Assembly: GCA_023920165.1 (NCBI GenBank)
Contig: CP089275.1
Span: forward strand, 4,092,001-4,156,000
Origin: Curvularia clavata
Taxonomy: Eukaryota
Reading direction: 5' to 3'
DNA: 64,000 nucleotides
How positions within the stretch are numbered: position 1 is the stretch's first letter; each line of letters opens with the position of its first letter. A model generated the notes under the pieces. That model did not search any database, was not told the origin of the DNA, and was given only the letters and a program-made list of their open reading frames with translations. Both the position numbers and the translations under genes were made by a program. Positions 1 through 13,675 of the stretch are shown here, in pieces.

Positions 1-1469
1 TAACAACGAGCACTCCACCATAGAGTCATGTCCACCGTTGCACGACGAAACAACACAACAACGCCCTCCGGATGCGCTGTCGCACTCACTCCAAGACCAG
101 TAAGAGTCAGGGGGAAGCGAGCGTTTCCCGTTGTAGACATGCTACTGCACCACGCTGACGGCTACTCGACAGAAAACAGGGCGAAACTTCAGCCATGACT
201 GGGAATAGGAAAATTACTTGCAGGAGGACGTGGTAGCTACGGGAAGGATTGCCGACAATGACGACAAAAAAACAAAGCTCAACGCCTGGCGGCACGCGAC
301 TCAGTACCTCAGGTCTAGTTGTTTTATACGCACAACACCGGGACTACGCTGCTTTCGCAATCGTCTGTGCAGAAAAGTGGCCCTCGATGTCTCTACTTGT
401 TCACATTGGCAGGGAATCAGGCCATCCAAATCCTAGCCTAGTAGGCACAGAGAGGATTCAATGCGGAAAGCAAGCCGACTGTCCTGATGGAACACAGTGT
501 TGCCGGATCACGGACTGGTTCTGGATCTCTTAGCAAGGCAATAGCTGAATGTTTCAGTGTAGTAAAATGTCACGTTATCAAGCATACGGAATATCTGCTG
601 ATAGAGTTCAGCAAGACGGAGAATGCTTTTTCCTTGATACTACTTCAGTAGCTGCTTTTTCACGATTCCTGGTGGTTGATCTGTGTTTGAAGTCCACACT
701 TCCATATTCAGCTCCTCGATAACCAATTATGACGCCGTAAGGAATAAAGGCGTAGAACCGGAGGCATTCTGTAGTGGACGTGTTGGGTTTCTTTTCCTAC
801 AAAGGATATACTGAAACACCATGAATAGCGTTCAAGGCGTCGTATTCAACTGACCGCGCAGTTCCGCTCATCAAATATCTCATGGCACTTGAAGCGAATC
901 TCTGAACATGAATTGCTAGGAGATTAAGCTCCAGCCATACGATCCAACGCCAGGAAGATATTCGTCAATATATTTATTGGAACACCGGTGTAAGCCCTAC
1001 CATGCATAGGGTGCTGGGTCCAAGTGTGAGTGAAATAAACATGGGGAAACTATCCAGACGTTGCCGTTGTCACTGTTATTTGTTAATGCTGATAGCCTGT
1101 CTTTGTCGGTGAATTCATTTTGACTTTTCGATTTTTCTGGCTGTGGGAGAGGCAAAAGAATACCCAAAATGCGAGAATCATCACTAGAGGTACCCATCTC
1201 CAAGGAGTTCAAGGCGTCACTTGACCAGGATAAAATCGGTACAGCATCTCATCCAGCACACCACAAATCCACTACACGTCCAGCGTTGGTTTTCGAAGCG
1301 TATTCATTTCTCGCCGAGTCAATTCGCTATGAAGACCCTAGCTCTATTCGTTCATACAGCCCATGCTCATTTCATGTCATGAGCTCCGAATCCCACAGAA
1401 GATGATGAACCATATGAAGGTGAACTCCGAACCAATTCGCATGCAGCACATTTTTCAGCCACTCATAAT

Positions 1470-2192
1470 CTATGCCTTCTCAGCAGCGGCGGCCTTGGCC
1501 TTGGCACCCCTGGGCTTTGATGGCTTGTCAGCCTTGACGGGCTTCTGGCTCTTGCGGATAGCGGAGGCCCTGGCAACGGCGTCCTTGCGGAGGTCGGGGC
1601 GGTAGTTGCGCTTGGTGGTGGAGTTGACAATGGCGGAGTAGGTCCTACGGCAATCAGCAAAAGTTCTTTAATACCTCAGGGTACCACGATTCCTAGGCTA
1701 CAAGGGTAGTGGGTCGGAGAGACGTACTTGCGGGTGGACTTGCTGGGGCCGAAGGTGGTGGTCTGGATGGCGGATGCGGGCTGGTGGTGCTTGTCGGCCT
1801 TCTTGATGAGAAGGGTGACACCGCCCTCCTTGCCGGGGATGACGCCGATGGCCTGGTTCACATTATCAACACCGTCTTCTATTTCATTCCGCGTTCGCGC
1901 TTGGCGCAACCGAAGATCGTGGTAGCCGTACCTTGTTGGCGATCGAGCCCTCGTTCTGCGCAGAGTCAGCGAATGCCCTCCAAAACTCAAAATCGCATGC
2001 ATACCTTGCGGCTGTAGATGTTCCTCAGGTTAAGAGGGTCGCGCGAGAACTGGACGCCATTTGCCCTCTTGACGAGCGTGGAGCTGCGTCCCTCTGCCAA
2101 TTGTCAACGCCAATCCCTCCGCAGTTCACCAGTTGAATCGTTCACTCACTGGTAATCTCCCAGGCAAGATCGTGCGAGATGGTAGTGGCCAT
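1470..2192 (-). CDS. RPL28: 60S ribosomal protein eL28 (5 exons: 2192-2150, 2093-2005, 1955-1932, 1852-1728, 1644-1470)
   Basis: Spliced translation MATTISHDLAWEITKGRSSTLVKRANGVQFSRDPLNLRNIYSRKNEGSIANKAIGVIPG...RNYRPDLRKDAVARASAIRKSQKP; FSRDPLNL and YRPDLR are eL28 hallmarks; all four introns GT..AG with consistent phases. Confidence 0.95.
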
Positions 2193-2655
2193 TGTGTCTG
2201 TATGGAATGTGGATACGGACGAGGTCGTTGAAAGTTCGCCAATATTGAAGGAGAGGCTCTCGTCTGTATTACCGAATGCGCTTAGTGCGTGTATCGGGGA
2301 TGGATCAACGAAGACGCCGACGTCGACCCTGACGCCAAGGAGCGGAGCGGAGGTGACGACGCCTCAATGCGAGGAGGCGCAGCAGACCTGCCGTCACACC
2401 CGAATTGACTGGTCCGCGACTCCGTGGTTACGCATCAACGTTGCCCGGTACCATCCGCACCTATGTCTATGCCTTGGGCGTGAAGGCCTCGCGTCTACAC
2501 TTACCATCGTATCTCCTCACGCACACACGTTTCCTTTGTTCTCCGTTGTCCAACTCACATCGCGCTCTACGCAGGCTGACAGAGTAACCTCGTAAGCGTC
2601 TACTCTGTCGCATACACCATAACCCCCTCAACAAGCCCGAAACACCATCGCCGAC

Positions 2656-3081
2656 ATGGAGTACCTATACCTGTTCTACTCCGTCTGCTTCGTCGTCTTG
2701 GCTGTTGCGACAGGTACTTGCCTGGCATCCTCATGCACTACTGGCCACTAACGCATTACAGCCGCATACTTCACTCGGCATCGTTGGATTCACCTCCTAC
2801 CCATCCCTGAGCCCATCTATTCGCGCCTACCAACATCTTTCCGCGATGACATCGAAGCCGGCCTATCGTCTTCAGCATTCGATCTCAGTGGCAACGTAGA
2901 ATCCGGCGACTCGCGCCAAGGACTGGACGACGCGGGCAAAAAGGAAGTCATGCGAATCATGAAGCGCAGAGGCGTCGACTTTGATGAAGCGCGCAGAATA
3001 TACATGCAGGACAGGTTCAAGAGGAACAACATTGGAGCCGATGGAATACCCCGCGATCCAAAGTTTGTCAGCTTCTCGTAG
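2656..3081 (+). CDS. UPF0357 / DUF2015 family small membrane protein (YCL012C-like); intron 2714-2761
   Basis: N-terminal TM segment, then SFRDDIEAGLSSSAFDLSGNV..GDSRQGLD...GVDFDEARR...NNIGADGIPRDPKFVSFS, the typical family pattern; intron has CTAAC branch site. Confidence 0.88.
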
Positions 3082-3600
3082 TGGTGGGCAAGTTGTGGGA
3101 TGAGGCGATTCTTCACAGAACTATTTCGTACAACATCTCCTTTGTTTCAAGTTGGGTTGGATCATTTACTACTTTTTCATTTGTTGCCTTGAGTAAGCTG
3201 GTTATGTCTGATTTCGGATAAGCAGACATGCATGGGCCTGCGCGCATGGGTTTGGGCGCCAAGTAGCTATGCTGTCTTTTGTTCCTCCTTCTGTCCTTCT
3301 TCTTCTTCTCCTACTGACTGTTGCAGCTTTTCCTCGAATACATCTTGCTGTTTTTTCATGCGAAATTGAGCCTAATGCATGCATTACTGTCCACCTGTGA
3401 CCTGGTCTTTGAGCGCCAAAAAAAACGACACAAGAATCACTTCTATCACGTGTTTATGGCGTGACGGCAGCCTAAGCTTGCTGACTGAGCCCTAGGCGCG
3501 TGCTTGCAGCACTTCTAACCAACACGTCGAGCGTGTAACGCTGTCCTACACAGCAAATAGATATGCTGCTGCCCTTGCTTACATCCAAGTGTGGCTGTGT

Positions 3601-4645
3601 TTACCTGGGTGCCTGTGCATAGCCAGGAGGTCCGCCATAACCGGGTGGACCACCATAACCTGGCGGGGGAGTATTGTACCCTGGAGGCGGTGGGAAGAAA
3701 TTTGTCGGAGCACCGCTCGGTGGACGAGCGGGCAAGCCAGTTGGAGGAGGGGGGAGTGGTGCGTGACCGACAGGAGCCGCAGAAGGTGGTCTTCCATAGC
3801 CTGGAGGTCCATTTGGTGGATAGCCGGGGGGCCCACCGGGCGGTCCATATCCTCCTGGCCCGCTTGGTGCGCCAGGTACACCTCTTCCATCTACAGGAAT
3901 GGCCGGTCCCGACGGAGCAGCGCCTGGAGGAAGCTGAAAGAGATGTGCTGGCAGAGGCTGTGGAGCTGGCGCAACTCCGTGAGCCTTGGCTTGTTTTGCG
4001 AGCATACGCTCGGCTTCGTCTCCGTGTCGCTCGCCCTTGCCGTCCTTCTTGTACGCGTACTGGACTGTGATCTGTTTGGACATGATGTATTGGTTGTGCA
4101 TACTGGCGATAGCCGCATCCGAGGATTCGAAATCGTTATAGGATATGAAGCCGTACCCTTTGGATGCCGACGTGACTTCGTCGCGCGCAACCTTTGGCGC
4201 ATTCGCCAGCGGTCCGAACCGGCTGAATGTGTCGTAGAGAGTCTTCTCGTCCACGCCCGGATCGAGGTTGCCGACAAACAGCTCCGCGCCAATCTCGACA
4301 TTCTTTTGCTTATCGGCAGATGCCTTGTTGACGCGTATCCGACTTCCGTAGAGCGAAACGTTGTTCATGATTTTGGGTGCGTATTCGGCTTCAGCCTCTG
4401 TGTGGAATTCGACGAAGCCGAAACTTTGGTGCTGTCCATTGACGCGGTCGACCGGCATGTTGACATTACGAACACGGCCAGTTTGAAGCATCAGCTCGTG
4501 GAGAATACGAGGTGTAACGCGCTCATGGAGGTTTCCAACGTACACGGTGGCTTCCTTGTTTTGCTCCCTGTACATCTATTAGTTTGTGCTTGCAGTTGGT
4601 AATGCTGAGAATAACGCACCAGTGGCGGGCGCTCGGGGCCGACAT
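3601..4645 (-). CDS. HSH49: U2 snRNP splicing factor SF3B4/SAP49, two RRMs plus Pro/Gly-rich tail; intron 4619-4568
   Basis: MSAPSARHW|EQNKEATVYVGNL...FGFVEF...GAELFVGNLD...YAYKKDGKGERHGDEAERMLA. Confidence 0.95.
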
Positions 4646-4974
4646 GGTTGGAGCTCTGCAATGCAAGCGTTAAGATCCAGATATTCTAGGTCGCAATATG
4701 TCAAGCGCGTGTCCGACGATAATGGCCGGGGCCTAGCGGGTTGTTGTGGGGTGCTAGTAGAGTGGTTGAACATGTCTCAAAGATCTTGGAGCTCGAGAAG
4801 CCCGTCTTGCACTAGCCTACTTGTGGTTACTTCCGCCTAAACCTCCGGCCCGTGCATTGACCCCAAGATTTTGAGCTTTGCGCATCATCATCGCAAGCAG
4901 CCCATCAAGCCCGCCGACACCCATTTTCGCCCCAACCCGACTTGCCCCAGCCGACAGTCGATTGCACAGTCATA

Positions 4975-5387
4975 ATGTACCAACTATCGGAAGAGTCCAA
5001 GGTAGGCTGCGATTGGCATCGACATGTACATGGAACATACATTAACCCGTCCACCAGGAGCGCATTGCTCGCATCATCGATGTCTCCCGTGTCGCTATTC
5101 ACTACGGCTACCTGCCCCTGATTCTATATCTCGGCTACTCGCGAAGTGAGCCCAAGCCATCCCTCATCCGGTGAGTCTTTCACTACCCTGCTGCCCTCAT
5201 CGGTGAGCGACTTCCGGTTTCTTGCGCGTTGGGTGTGCATCTAGCTCTTTCACAACCCCGAATCTGGTATCTTCGGCGCATATTTGTGCGACTGGGCGCA
5301 CGCTTGATTAGGAGTCTCATTCGTCCGCCTTTGATGTTCTTGGGGAAACCTGCTAACTGTCGTAGCCTCTTCTCCCCACTTGCGTAA
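4975..5387 (+). CDS. TOM7: Mitochondrial import receptor subunit Tom7 (3 exons)
   Basis: Spliced [65 protein letters not shown] is the Tom7 motif; missed by the ORF track because of introns. Confidence 0.93.
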
Positions 5388-6203
5388 AAGCTTCACGATG
5401 ACATGGCAATGACCGTTTGCAAACTTTTGTACAATACTACGCTTTCCGGGCACATGGGATCTCGGGCATGACGTTTTTGGCCGCCTTGTTTGGCAGGATT
5501 ATCTGTGTATGCATATGGGCTCTTACTCTTCTCCTACTCTTTTACACCAGTCGGCCGTCTGCGGATGGCTTTGCGCAGGATTCAGTATCTACGTATATCA
5601 GAGGCTTCAAAGCATATCAATGGTACCCTGAACACAACCCCCACTTTGGAGACGTTGAATCTAGATTGCACCCCGTTGTTTGCACCAAACACAAGCGCTC
5701 TGGTGATTGCGTGCCATATCTGCTGGGACTCCTAGCGTCGAGACTTGTAGCGGGAACCCTTCTGAATGGAGCCCAGCGGCACTTGCCATGTATTGAGCAC
5801 CTGTGCGGGGCTGATTTCCGGCCGCATGGTGACAGCGCGCCAACGCCAATGACGGCGCGCTACTTGCCCCACGTGCTTTTGCGGCTCGTCTGCTTGAGCG
5901 TTGGGCCCCCATGCTCGTCGGCCTCCAACCTTTGTGAACTCCAATATTCGGCAGCTGGCCTTAGAAGCACTTGTCGCCATGGCGCCCTGTATCCGGGTGC
6001 ATGGCCGCGGGCCGGCTCTGACTGGATCGCACGCTGTCACCCCATAGCCCCCACGTGTGCTGTGTTCGCAGTATAAGCTCCTCCTAGGACCCTGTTTCTT
6101 CCCCAGTATACTATGCGCTGATCATTTTGCTATTATTATCGTCATTTCTGTCCTGACCGACGGTGTTTTGTGCTTCAGTGCATGAGCCTTACCGCTCGCC
6201 GCC

Positions 6204-8535
6204 ATGACTGTCCCCAGTATTGGGGACATTCTCATGCTATCCCAAAAGGCATGGAAGATAGGACGTAGCTTCGCTGCGTGTCAAAAGAAGGCTCCGCCCA
6301 ACCTCGGATATGTTGAAGTTGAAATCGGCGGTTTATCAAAAGCTCTCACACTGCTGGCAGAGACGCTATATGCTGAGACCGAGGGCGATGTATTCCAGAG
6401 TGCGGACCAGGACATTCGGGCCGGAATCGCAACTATAATCAAGTCCTGTCAGCGAGCAGTCGACGATCTGGATTCCCTGGTAGATCAGTACCAAGTCATC
6501 AAAAAGCATAGGACCCTCGGCGGTTTCGCTATTGAGCGAGCCTGGAGTGACCTGGTCCTGGCCAAACACGAGACGATCTCTTGGACGACAGACGGTGGGG
6601 ATCTCAATCAGTTAAGAGACACGCTTCAGATGCATACAAACTCAATCACCGTTTTGACGCAAGCATTGCAAAGGCTAGTAATGCCAGTCTTGCAACCTTC
6701 CACGACTAACATTGCACAGCAAGTCTTCAACTCGCTTAGACAGTGTGGTCAAGCCTATGGCTGAACGCATCGACAGCATGCACAACTCGAGCACTAGCCT
6801 CGACCAGCAGTTTGATGAGGTTCACCGCATGGTACAGGATCTTGAGTTGAAATCACGAGACTCTGGTACACCGCCCGTCCCACCACGGCATCCTGCGCGA
6901 CTACCAAGCATTGGAGAAGCAACTCAGCAAGACACAAGCTTCGACCCTTCTGATTTAGGCACCTCACCAGTGCGAAGTCCCAACCCCAGGTTCTCGTTGC
7001 CTCCAACTTCCCGTCGCTCCAGGACGTCCGAATACTCCGCAGTTGGTTCAGACAACGGTCCTTCTAGTCCTTTGCGCGCTCGAGACAGCATTTCCGAGTC
7101 AAGCCTCAGGGATCCATCGGTACGCTACTCAAACAGCAGCTATGCATCTTCGAACGCGAGCAAGAGTTCTGTCGGATGGCAAAATGCACAGCCGTTCATT
7201 GCAACCTCTCACCCCAGCCGGAGGCCGTCGGGATCGACAAAGTCAACGCCAGCTTCCCCAGAGATCCGCCAGCAAAGCCAAAGGCACGAACATCGGCGTT
7301 CATCACTTCTCCTGCCACCAGCCATTGGATCGGAATTCGGGCATGAACTAGAGAGGACGCTGTCGCAAGCCGAGATTGAGAAGTTGTACCGAAGCTCCAC
7401 AACCGCGAGTCAGCGAAATACTTTTGAGAAGGAAGCTTTCCGCAACTCGGCCATACTCTGTGACGTGTAAGCCTTTTACCTTTCTGATACCATTCCCTGG
7501 GCCTCGAAGACATTTGAGGGGTTTCTTTTTCTCTATCCGCCTTTTCCAGCTGACAAAGAATCATGTAGCCGTGGCAAGAGCGTCGAGTACTCGCACAGAA
7601 TCAACCGAGATGATCCTCGGGATGTGGAGATGATCCATGTATGCGATGAAAGCCGTATCACTGTAGTACGGAAACGCATCACCGACCCAGAAACCAGGGT
7701 CGTACGCGTAGTCACGTCCATCTGGGTCTTCAGCGACGACAGCCAGGTACGCATGGAGCTGCGCATGCAGGACGAGCACATGTACATTCCGTACGCGAGC
7801 TACTTTTCGCCCGCCAAAGTTTCCATCACAGTGCCATGCGAGCTGCGATTCTACGATGTATCACATAGCGCTGGACCAGCCAGTACGGCGCAAACAAGTT
7901 GGGTGAATTATGTATTTGATTCGCCGAGAGGTCAGTTTATTTCATTCGTATATACGTACCGTTTCTCTATCTCTCTGTTTGGAAATACCCAAGAGCAAGA
8001 ACATGAAATGTAGAAAAAAGAACACAAGATTCTAACAGACACCACAGCCTCGGCCCTCTTCCAAAACGAACTCATGGGCCGGACCCTCCTCGCCACCTTC
8101 CGCACCGAAAAAACCCTACGCACGCACTCTGGCCTCTCCAAATCCTTTGCCTACGCCGAGCAAATGTGTGGCCTCGAAACCCTCCGCATCTGGCAAGACA
8201 ACGATACGGGCGCCGTCATCGCACTAATCCACTTTTCTGCAGACTTTCGCCGGGGCTACCTAGCCTTCTACCTCAACTCCTCCAACACGCCCATCAGCGT
8301 CAAGGACGACGGAAGCAGACAAGTCAAGATTCGCGGTCTGCGCGTTCCGCTTGATGGGCCTCCGGCTGCGAGTACGGGCAATGGCAAGAAGAAGAATGCA
8401 GATAAAGAGGATCGAGTGATTAGTGGAGCCAAGATTGAATTCGCAACGGATATGGAGAAGAGGGAGTTTTTGGACTTGTGTAAAGCTATGGCGGGACAGT
8501 TGATTGAGTTGCCGGAGTTGAAGGGTGTGAATTGA
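6204..8535 (+). CDS. Conserved-looking hypothetical protein: helical N-terminus, Ser-rich linker, beta-rich C-terminal domain; introns 6674-6719 (GC-AG), 7467-7568, 7931-8047
   Basis: Four consecutive ORF segments join in frame across introns with CTAAC/CTGAC branch sites; function not recognisable. Confidence 0.8.
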
Positions 8536-9284
8536 ATGCTGTACTGAGTTATTGCGAGGTGTTTGCTAGGATGGGACTTGGTGTCAAGAAAAGGGAATAT
8601 TACTGGCTTGATCTCTCTCTTTTTTTTTGACAATGTTTGATGGTAAAACTTTGATAGCTTATACCATGTTGGATATTCTGGGCGTCGGAGCAGAAAGTCG
8701 AGGTACATACCCACCTGTCTCTTTCGTTTACACAGCCAGGTGTAATATAATTTCTTTATTCACCATCAGTTTCCCTTTGTTTATTTGGAGGAACTCCATC
8801 TTTTTCGTTAGACATAAAAAGAGACCGCCCTTCACGCGATCCAAAAAAAGAGAAGCAAGACATGTACAGTTTCGAAGTAATTAAAATTCGTGATACTGTC
8901 AATCCCCATCTACGTGGTATACTCTCCTCCGCAAAGGCATCAAGACAAAGCATATATGTATGTGTGCATGCATAAACGCACGCCAGACTCCCCCCTTCAC
9001 AATCCCTGCCTTGAAACCCATTCCCGCCCTACATTAGCACGTATTATTCCGAAAAAGTGAACCTACGCAAAATGAGAAACGCAAACACACACCTACACGG
9101 CGATGCCAAGAAACGGCTCACTATGCAAAAAGGCTACACTGGCCTTGCCAGAGTGGCGTCGATGTTGTATCTTTCTTCTGAAACCCCAGCTGGTTCTGGT
9201 TATCATTCAATCTCTTCTCACTGGGTGAGATGGTTATAGAAAGGCTGGAGTGAGATTATGCCTGCTGTCACAGTCAGGCGAATG

Positions 9285-11466
9285 CTACTCGCCATTGGCA
9301 TGCTCAGCGCCACCGCCGTTGGTGTGGGGAGCTCCCATGTACCGCTGCATGTAGGTGATGTAGTCGAATTTGGGAACGTCGCGGTCTTCTTGCATGTCTG
9401 GGCCCCTGTGTTCGGGCATGGTGGCAAGAAGGTCGTCAATGACCTCGTCAGGGACGAGAGAATGTCGGAGGTCAAGCTCTGTGACATATGGCTGCAAGAG
9501 AAGTTAGCATTTGGCTTTTTGCGTGTAAGTGGTTGATGTATAACCTACCTTGCCGTCGGCGACCTCTCGGAACGACTCAAAGACTTGTTCGGCCGTATTC
9601 TGGTCCTCGGTCTCGTCGACCATGAAGCGGATAAACTGCTCAAACGTAACAAAGTCCTTGCCGCCGCTCGTCTCACGGAATCTCTCGTGCATCTCGTCCT
9701 CATCATAGACCAGTCCCAAACTCGCCAGTGCTGCCGAAAACTCCAGCTCTGCTAGCGAGTTGGACACGTCGCGGTCGAAATGCCTGAAAACGGATTCGAA
9801 CTCTTCTAGTTGTATGGGTGTCAGGTTGGTCATGTTTCGGGCGACCATTTGGTTCTCGAGGAAGGCGAGTTTTTTGGACACTGAGCTGCGAACAAGACCC
9901 AACTCGTATTCCAACTCGTCGTATGTGTATGTTGTAAAGTCATTCTCTTCAATATTGGCCTCTGCACACTGCTCGTCGATTGATGCTATGAGGTTCAGGT
10001 ACTCGTCTAGTGGAGTAAGCGACTTGCTGATTTCTTTCGTGTGCTCTAGTTGGTCGTCAACGTCGCCTTCAAGCGCGGATATCGACGTGGATAGAGTGTT
10101 GAGAGCGAGGGCGAAATCGTTTGCTTTGTCGGCAAAAGACTTTCGCAGGGCATTCTTGATGTCTCGAATGGTTTCGTTAATGACCTGGGAGCGGTGTCGT
10201 TCGGCTTTCATCAATCCTGACCATGCAGTGTCTAGTGCTTCGAGGCTGAGTTCGGCTGGAGGCTCGTATGGTCGCAATCGGTACGTGGCCAGTTTCGTCC
10301 TAATGTTACCCAACAAGCCCACAAGGTCCGACTTTTCTGCAACCCATGTCCGCTTGCTCTTGCGCTTCCATGCTGTGAACTCTGTGGATTGGGCTCTTGC
10401 GTCAGCGTATGTTCCGTCAAACTTGGCCTCTTCCCACTGTGACTGCTGCTTGGCAATCTGGTTTAGCAGTTCTCGCATGCGCCTCTCAAAATCGTTTTGC
10501 ATCTGCCAGGCTCCTTGCATGTTTGCCACAAACTTCTCCACTCTCCGGCCGGCGTTTTCGACTCGCTCCATCTGGGAAAAGGCGTGGAACCAGTAGGCGA
10601 TGTATGTCATGAGAGATCGCTCATCAGGCTTGGGGACGTCGCACACATCCTCGACGTCGAGCAGGTCGGGAATGCCAATCTCCTTGGAAGCAATGTCGAA
10701 TGCAAGTTGCATGTTTCCGCGGTGATCGCTCTTGTCGAGGCTGTCGTAGTCGATGAGATCCGGGCGGTGAATATCAAGCAGGGCACAGCTGTTTATGTGT
10801 TAGAGCCACGACTTGTATCATATAGGCATCGTGTTGGACTTACAATGCCAGTCCATCGTTCCAACTGGTGGAGAAGTCACGGACTTCGACCTCATCGTAG
10901 CAAGCCGTCTTTCTTTGACACCACAACAAAAGACCCTCCTTGGCACTCAGACCCTCTTCATTAATGTCGCTAATGGTAAAGCGTAGAATGAGGGTCCATA
11001 TCAGACCGAGGATGATCTTCTTGTTGCCGTCGACGACATCTTCGGCACCAGTGTTTGTGAGTTGAATTCTCCTACTGCGGATAAAGTCGAGCGACTTGTT
11101 TACGTTTTCGAATTTCTGCACACGCAGCTTTGGACGGGAGGCATAGCGGCCCAGGGACTCGTTACTGAGGATCTCGAGGAGGTGGATCAGGATGATCTGG
11201 GCAGGGTTAGTGACTGGATGCGGGTGCGGGGGGCAAAGGGAAAGAGAGGCGGATGGCCGTGGCAGGAGGGGTTACCTACACCATCCGAGAGGTCTATGGT
11301 AAGGTCTGAGATTTCCACGCTCCGGACTTTTAGCTTGCTGTTAAGCCTGCATTGGTGTGGTTAGTAGTGGCGTGGAGAGAGAGAGAGAAGGGGTCGTGGT
11401 GGGTGGGTACCATTTGGTGAATGTCTTTTGCTGGACGTTGACCCATTGCTCATCAAGCGGCGCCAT
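9285..11466 (-). CDS. ain1: Alpha-actinin-like protein (2 CH domains, spectrin repeats, EF hands), 5 exons
   Basis: EQWVNVQQKTFTKW|LN, LGLIWTLILRFTISDI, LLLWCQRKT, DFSTSWNDGLA, PDERSLMTYIA, EF-hand FRHFDRD. Confidence 0.95.
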
Positions 11467-13675
11467 GGTTTGTGTGCATCAGTGCTCTCGCAGGCAGCAG
11501 ACGCACGGAGGGGGGAGACGGGAGTCGAGAGGCGTGGATATGCGAGGCTGGAGTGTTTTCCAATGGGCAGCCAAAACAATGGTTGGATGGGTGGCAGACT
11601 GCGGGCGCGCGGGCTCGGCTGTCGGTGTGACCCTTGTCAAGTGGTAGCGGGGCCCCTGGATCCACGCGCGCGTCGGCAGGGCTAGAGGCGGAAAAGGGCG
11701 AGCAATGGTTGGCCTAGACTTTTTGTTGGAGCATCAAGAATAGAACGGCGTGGGCCAATCTGTGTTGGCGATGGGGTAGGAATATGACAGTGAGGATGCA
11801 AGCGAAACATGGTAGCAACGTCTGTAGGTAGACGACATGCTTTTCTAGGGCCAGCGGGTCACGACTGCCGCGTGGCCATGTGGGTGCTGATTGGGCAGGC
11901 GCGGAGTGTGTTGGATAAATGTAGTGTGTAGTGTGCCAAAGTAAGAATATCTTGACGGGTAGCAGCCATAGCCTGTACACAACCAACGCACGTCTGTTAC
12001 GCCCAGGGTGTTTGATGTTTACTGCTGCTGCTGCAACAGGCAAGTGCATGCAAGGCGGTGTGGGGTTGTCGCTGCTTCTTATGGTAGTGGTTGTTTGTGC
12101 TGTTGTGTACACGTCTAAATGCACTTTCCCCCAAATACCGTGTTCCGTTCAGTTGCCAGCACATAGTAGCAGGCACATGGGCTTGCATCGACCCTCGTCG
12201 CCATACCTACCGGCTTGTGGTATACCGCGTCCGAGCACAAATATCACCCAGGCCGTGGGCCATCGATGTCCACATCACACCGCAGGGCAGACAGATGGCA
12301 ATCTCCGAAGAAGCGTTGGACCCCATGTCGCTGGACCGTCCAGCTGCCCGAGCGAGTGCAGAGCAAAATTAGACGTCCTTGGGCGTTTCCATCGACGACG
12401 GATACCCCATTGCCCTATTTAGTAGCTGCTATGACGTGCATGGCGGCCGGATACTATGGCAGGGATGGCGCTGTACATGTAGGCAAGACGCCGCCGTCTT
12501 CCCGACGCGTGAAACGGCCTCAAGGGCAATAGAGTGTATCGCCTGCCGGTCGGCGTGAAACGCTTCGCCAACAGCCGCCATTGTCTCCCAAAAGTCAGCC
12601 ATTCCTTTGGCAGAGCCATGTGGCCGGCAAAAGGGCCGCTGAGCGACAGCCATGGCGTTGCTGACAGGCTGCCTGTCTTCTGGAAGGCGTGGGTGCAGTG
12701 CAAACTTTGTACCCGCCGCCCGCTCCCCAGGCTCGCGTTTCAGGCGTCGACGAGCTGCGAGCTGAAACGCTGAACCCTCAGTTATAGCAACAGGCGCCGG
12801 CAGCTGCGCGCCCATGAAACGCTTCCGCTCTTCTGCCAGTGAACCATCGGCATGCCGTGTCTCGTCGTGGCCAATGGCCGGCGGCGTGTGAGGGCAAGAG
12901 GGCACAAGAGAGCCCCGGCGCACGTGAGCGACCAAGGCGCCTGCAGCGTTAGCGCGCCGTCGCTGCAGATGCTCCCAGGTCAGCCAGGAGAAAGGGCTCC
13001 ACTAAAGACACCACTTCGACGATACTCTCGCCGCTCCGCTGGCTGCCCAATCCTCCTCGACTCCTATTCATCCTGCCTGCCACGCCCATGCGGCCTTCTT
13101 CTTCTCCCTCATCTCAACCGTAGCGTGCGCCGCATTGCCAGTCTGACCCATTGGCAACTTCAGCCGCCCAATCCCCGAGCCTGGCTGCTGGCCCACTCCG
13201 CGCGACCCTCACCCCCCTCGACCATTCATTCGTCCCAACACCAGCCCGCTGCCGAGACCGCATTCACTCTGCAAACGCCCCTCTGGTCTGCTCACCTTCA
13301 CCTGCCCTTGCCTCGCCCGCGCCTTCACCTCAAGCTCGCCCCTCGCTGCTTGCTTCTTCTCGTCGAGTCTTAGACACCCCGCTATCTACCCGGTCCCCAG
13401 CAACAACACCATCGCATCCCAGAGGTAGCGACGCGCTCCAACCACGCCCTGACAGCTGCCTGCAAAAGGCTCCCACGGCTCCTCTCTGCATGAGAGCTTG
13501 CCTATGTAAGTATTCATCTCTCCCTCTCCCTCCACCACTGTACTGCCTTTTTTTTTACTTCTTTGCCGCACTACGCCTGCCGTGACGACTCAGCCCCAGC
13601 CCCAGCCCAACTCCAGTTGCACCCATCACTGCCCACCAGCCGACGCAATCTTTGACTGATGTACGCCATTTCAGC

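Noticed and set aside
1..140. Possible 5' end of a minus-strand gene (ATG at 140, GTGAGT donor-like site)
   Set aside because: Too short and truncated to support
3589..4602. 337-aa + strand ORF
   Set aside because: Antisense shadow of HSH49 produced by codon bias; no recognisable motifs
5417..6076. 219-aa ORF between TOM7 and the 6204 gene
   Set aside because: TTG start, overlaps expected 3' UTR and promoter, no coding-like composition
9760..10596. 278-aa + strand ORF
   Set aside because: Antisense shadow of alpha-actinin
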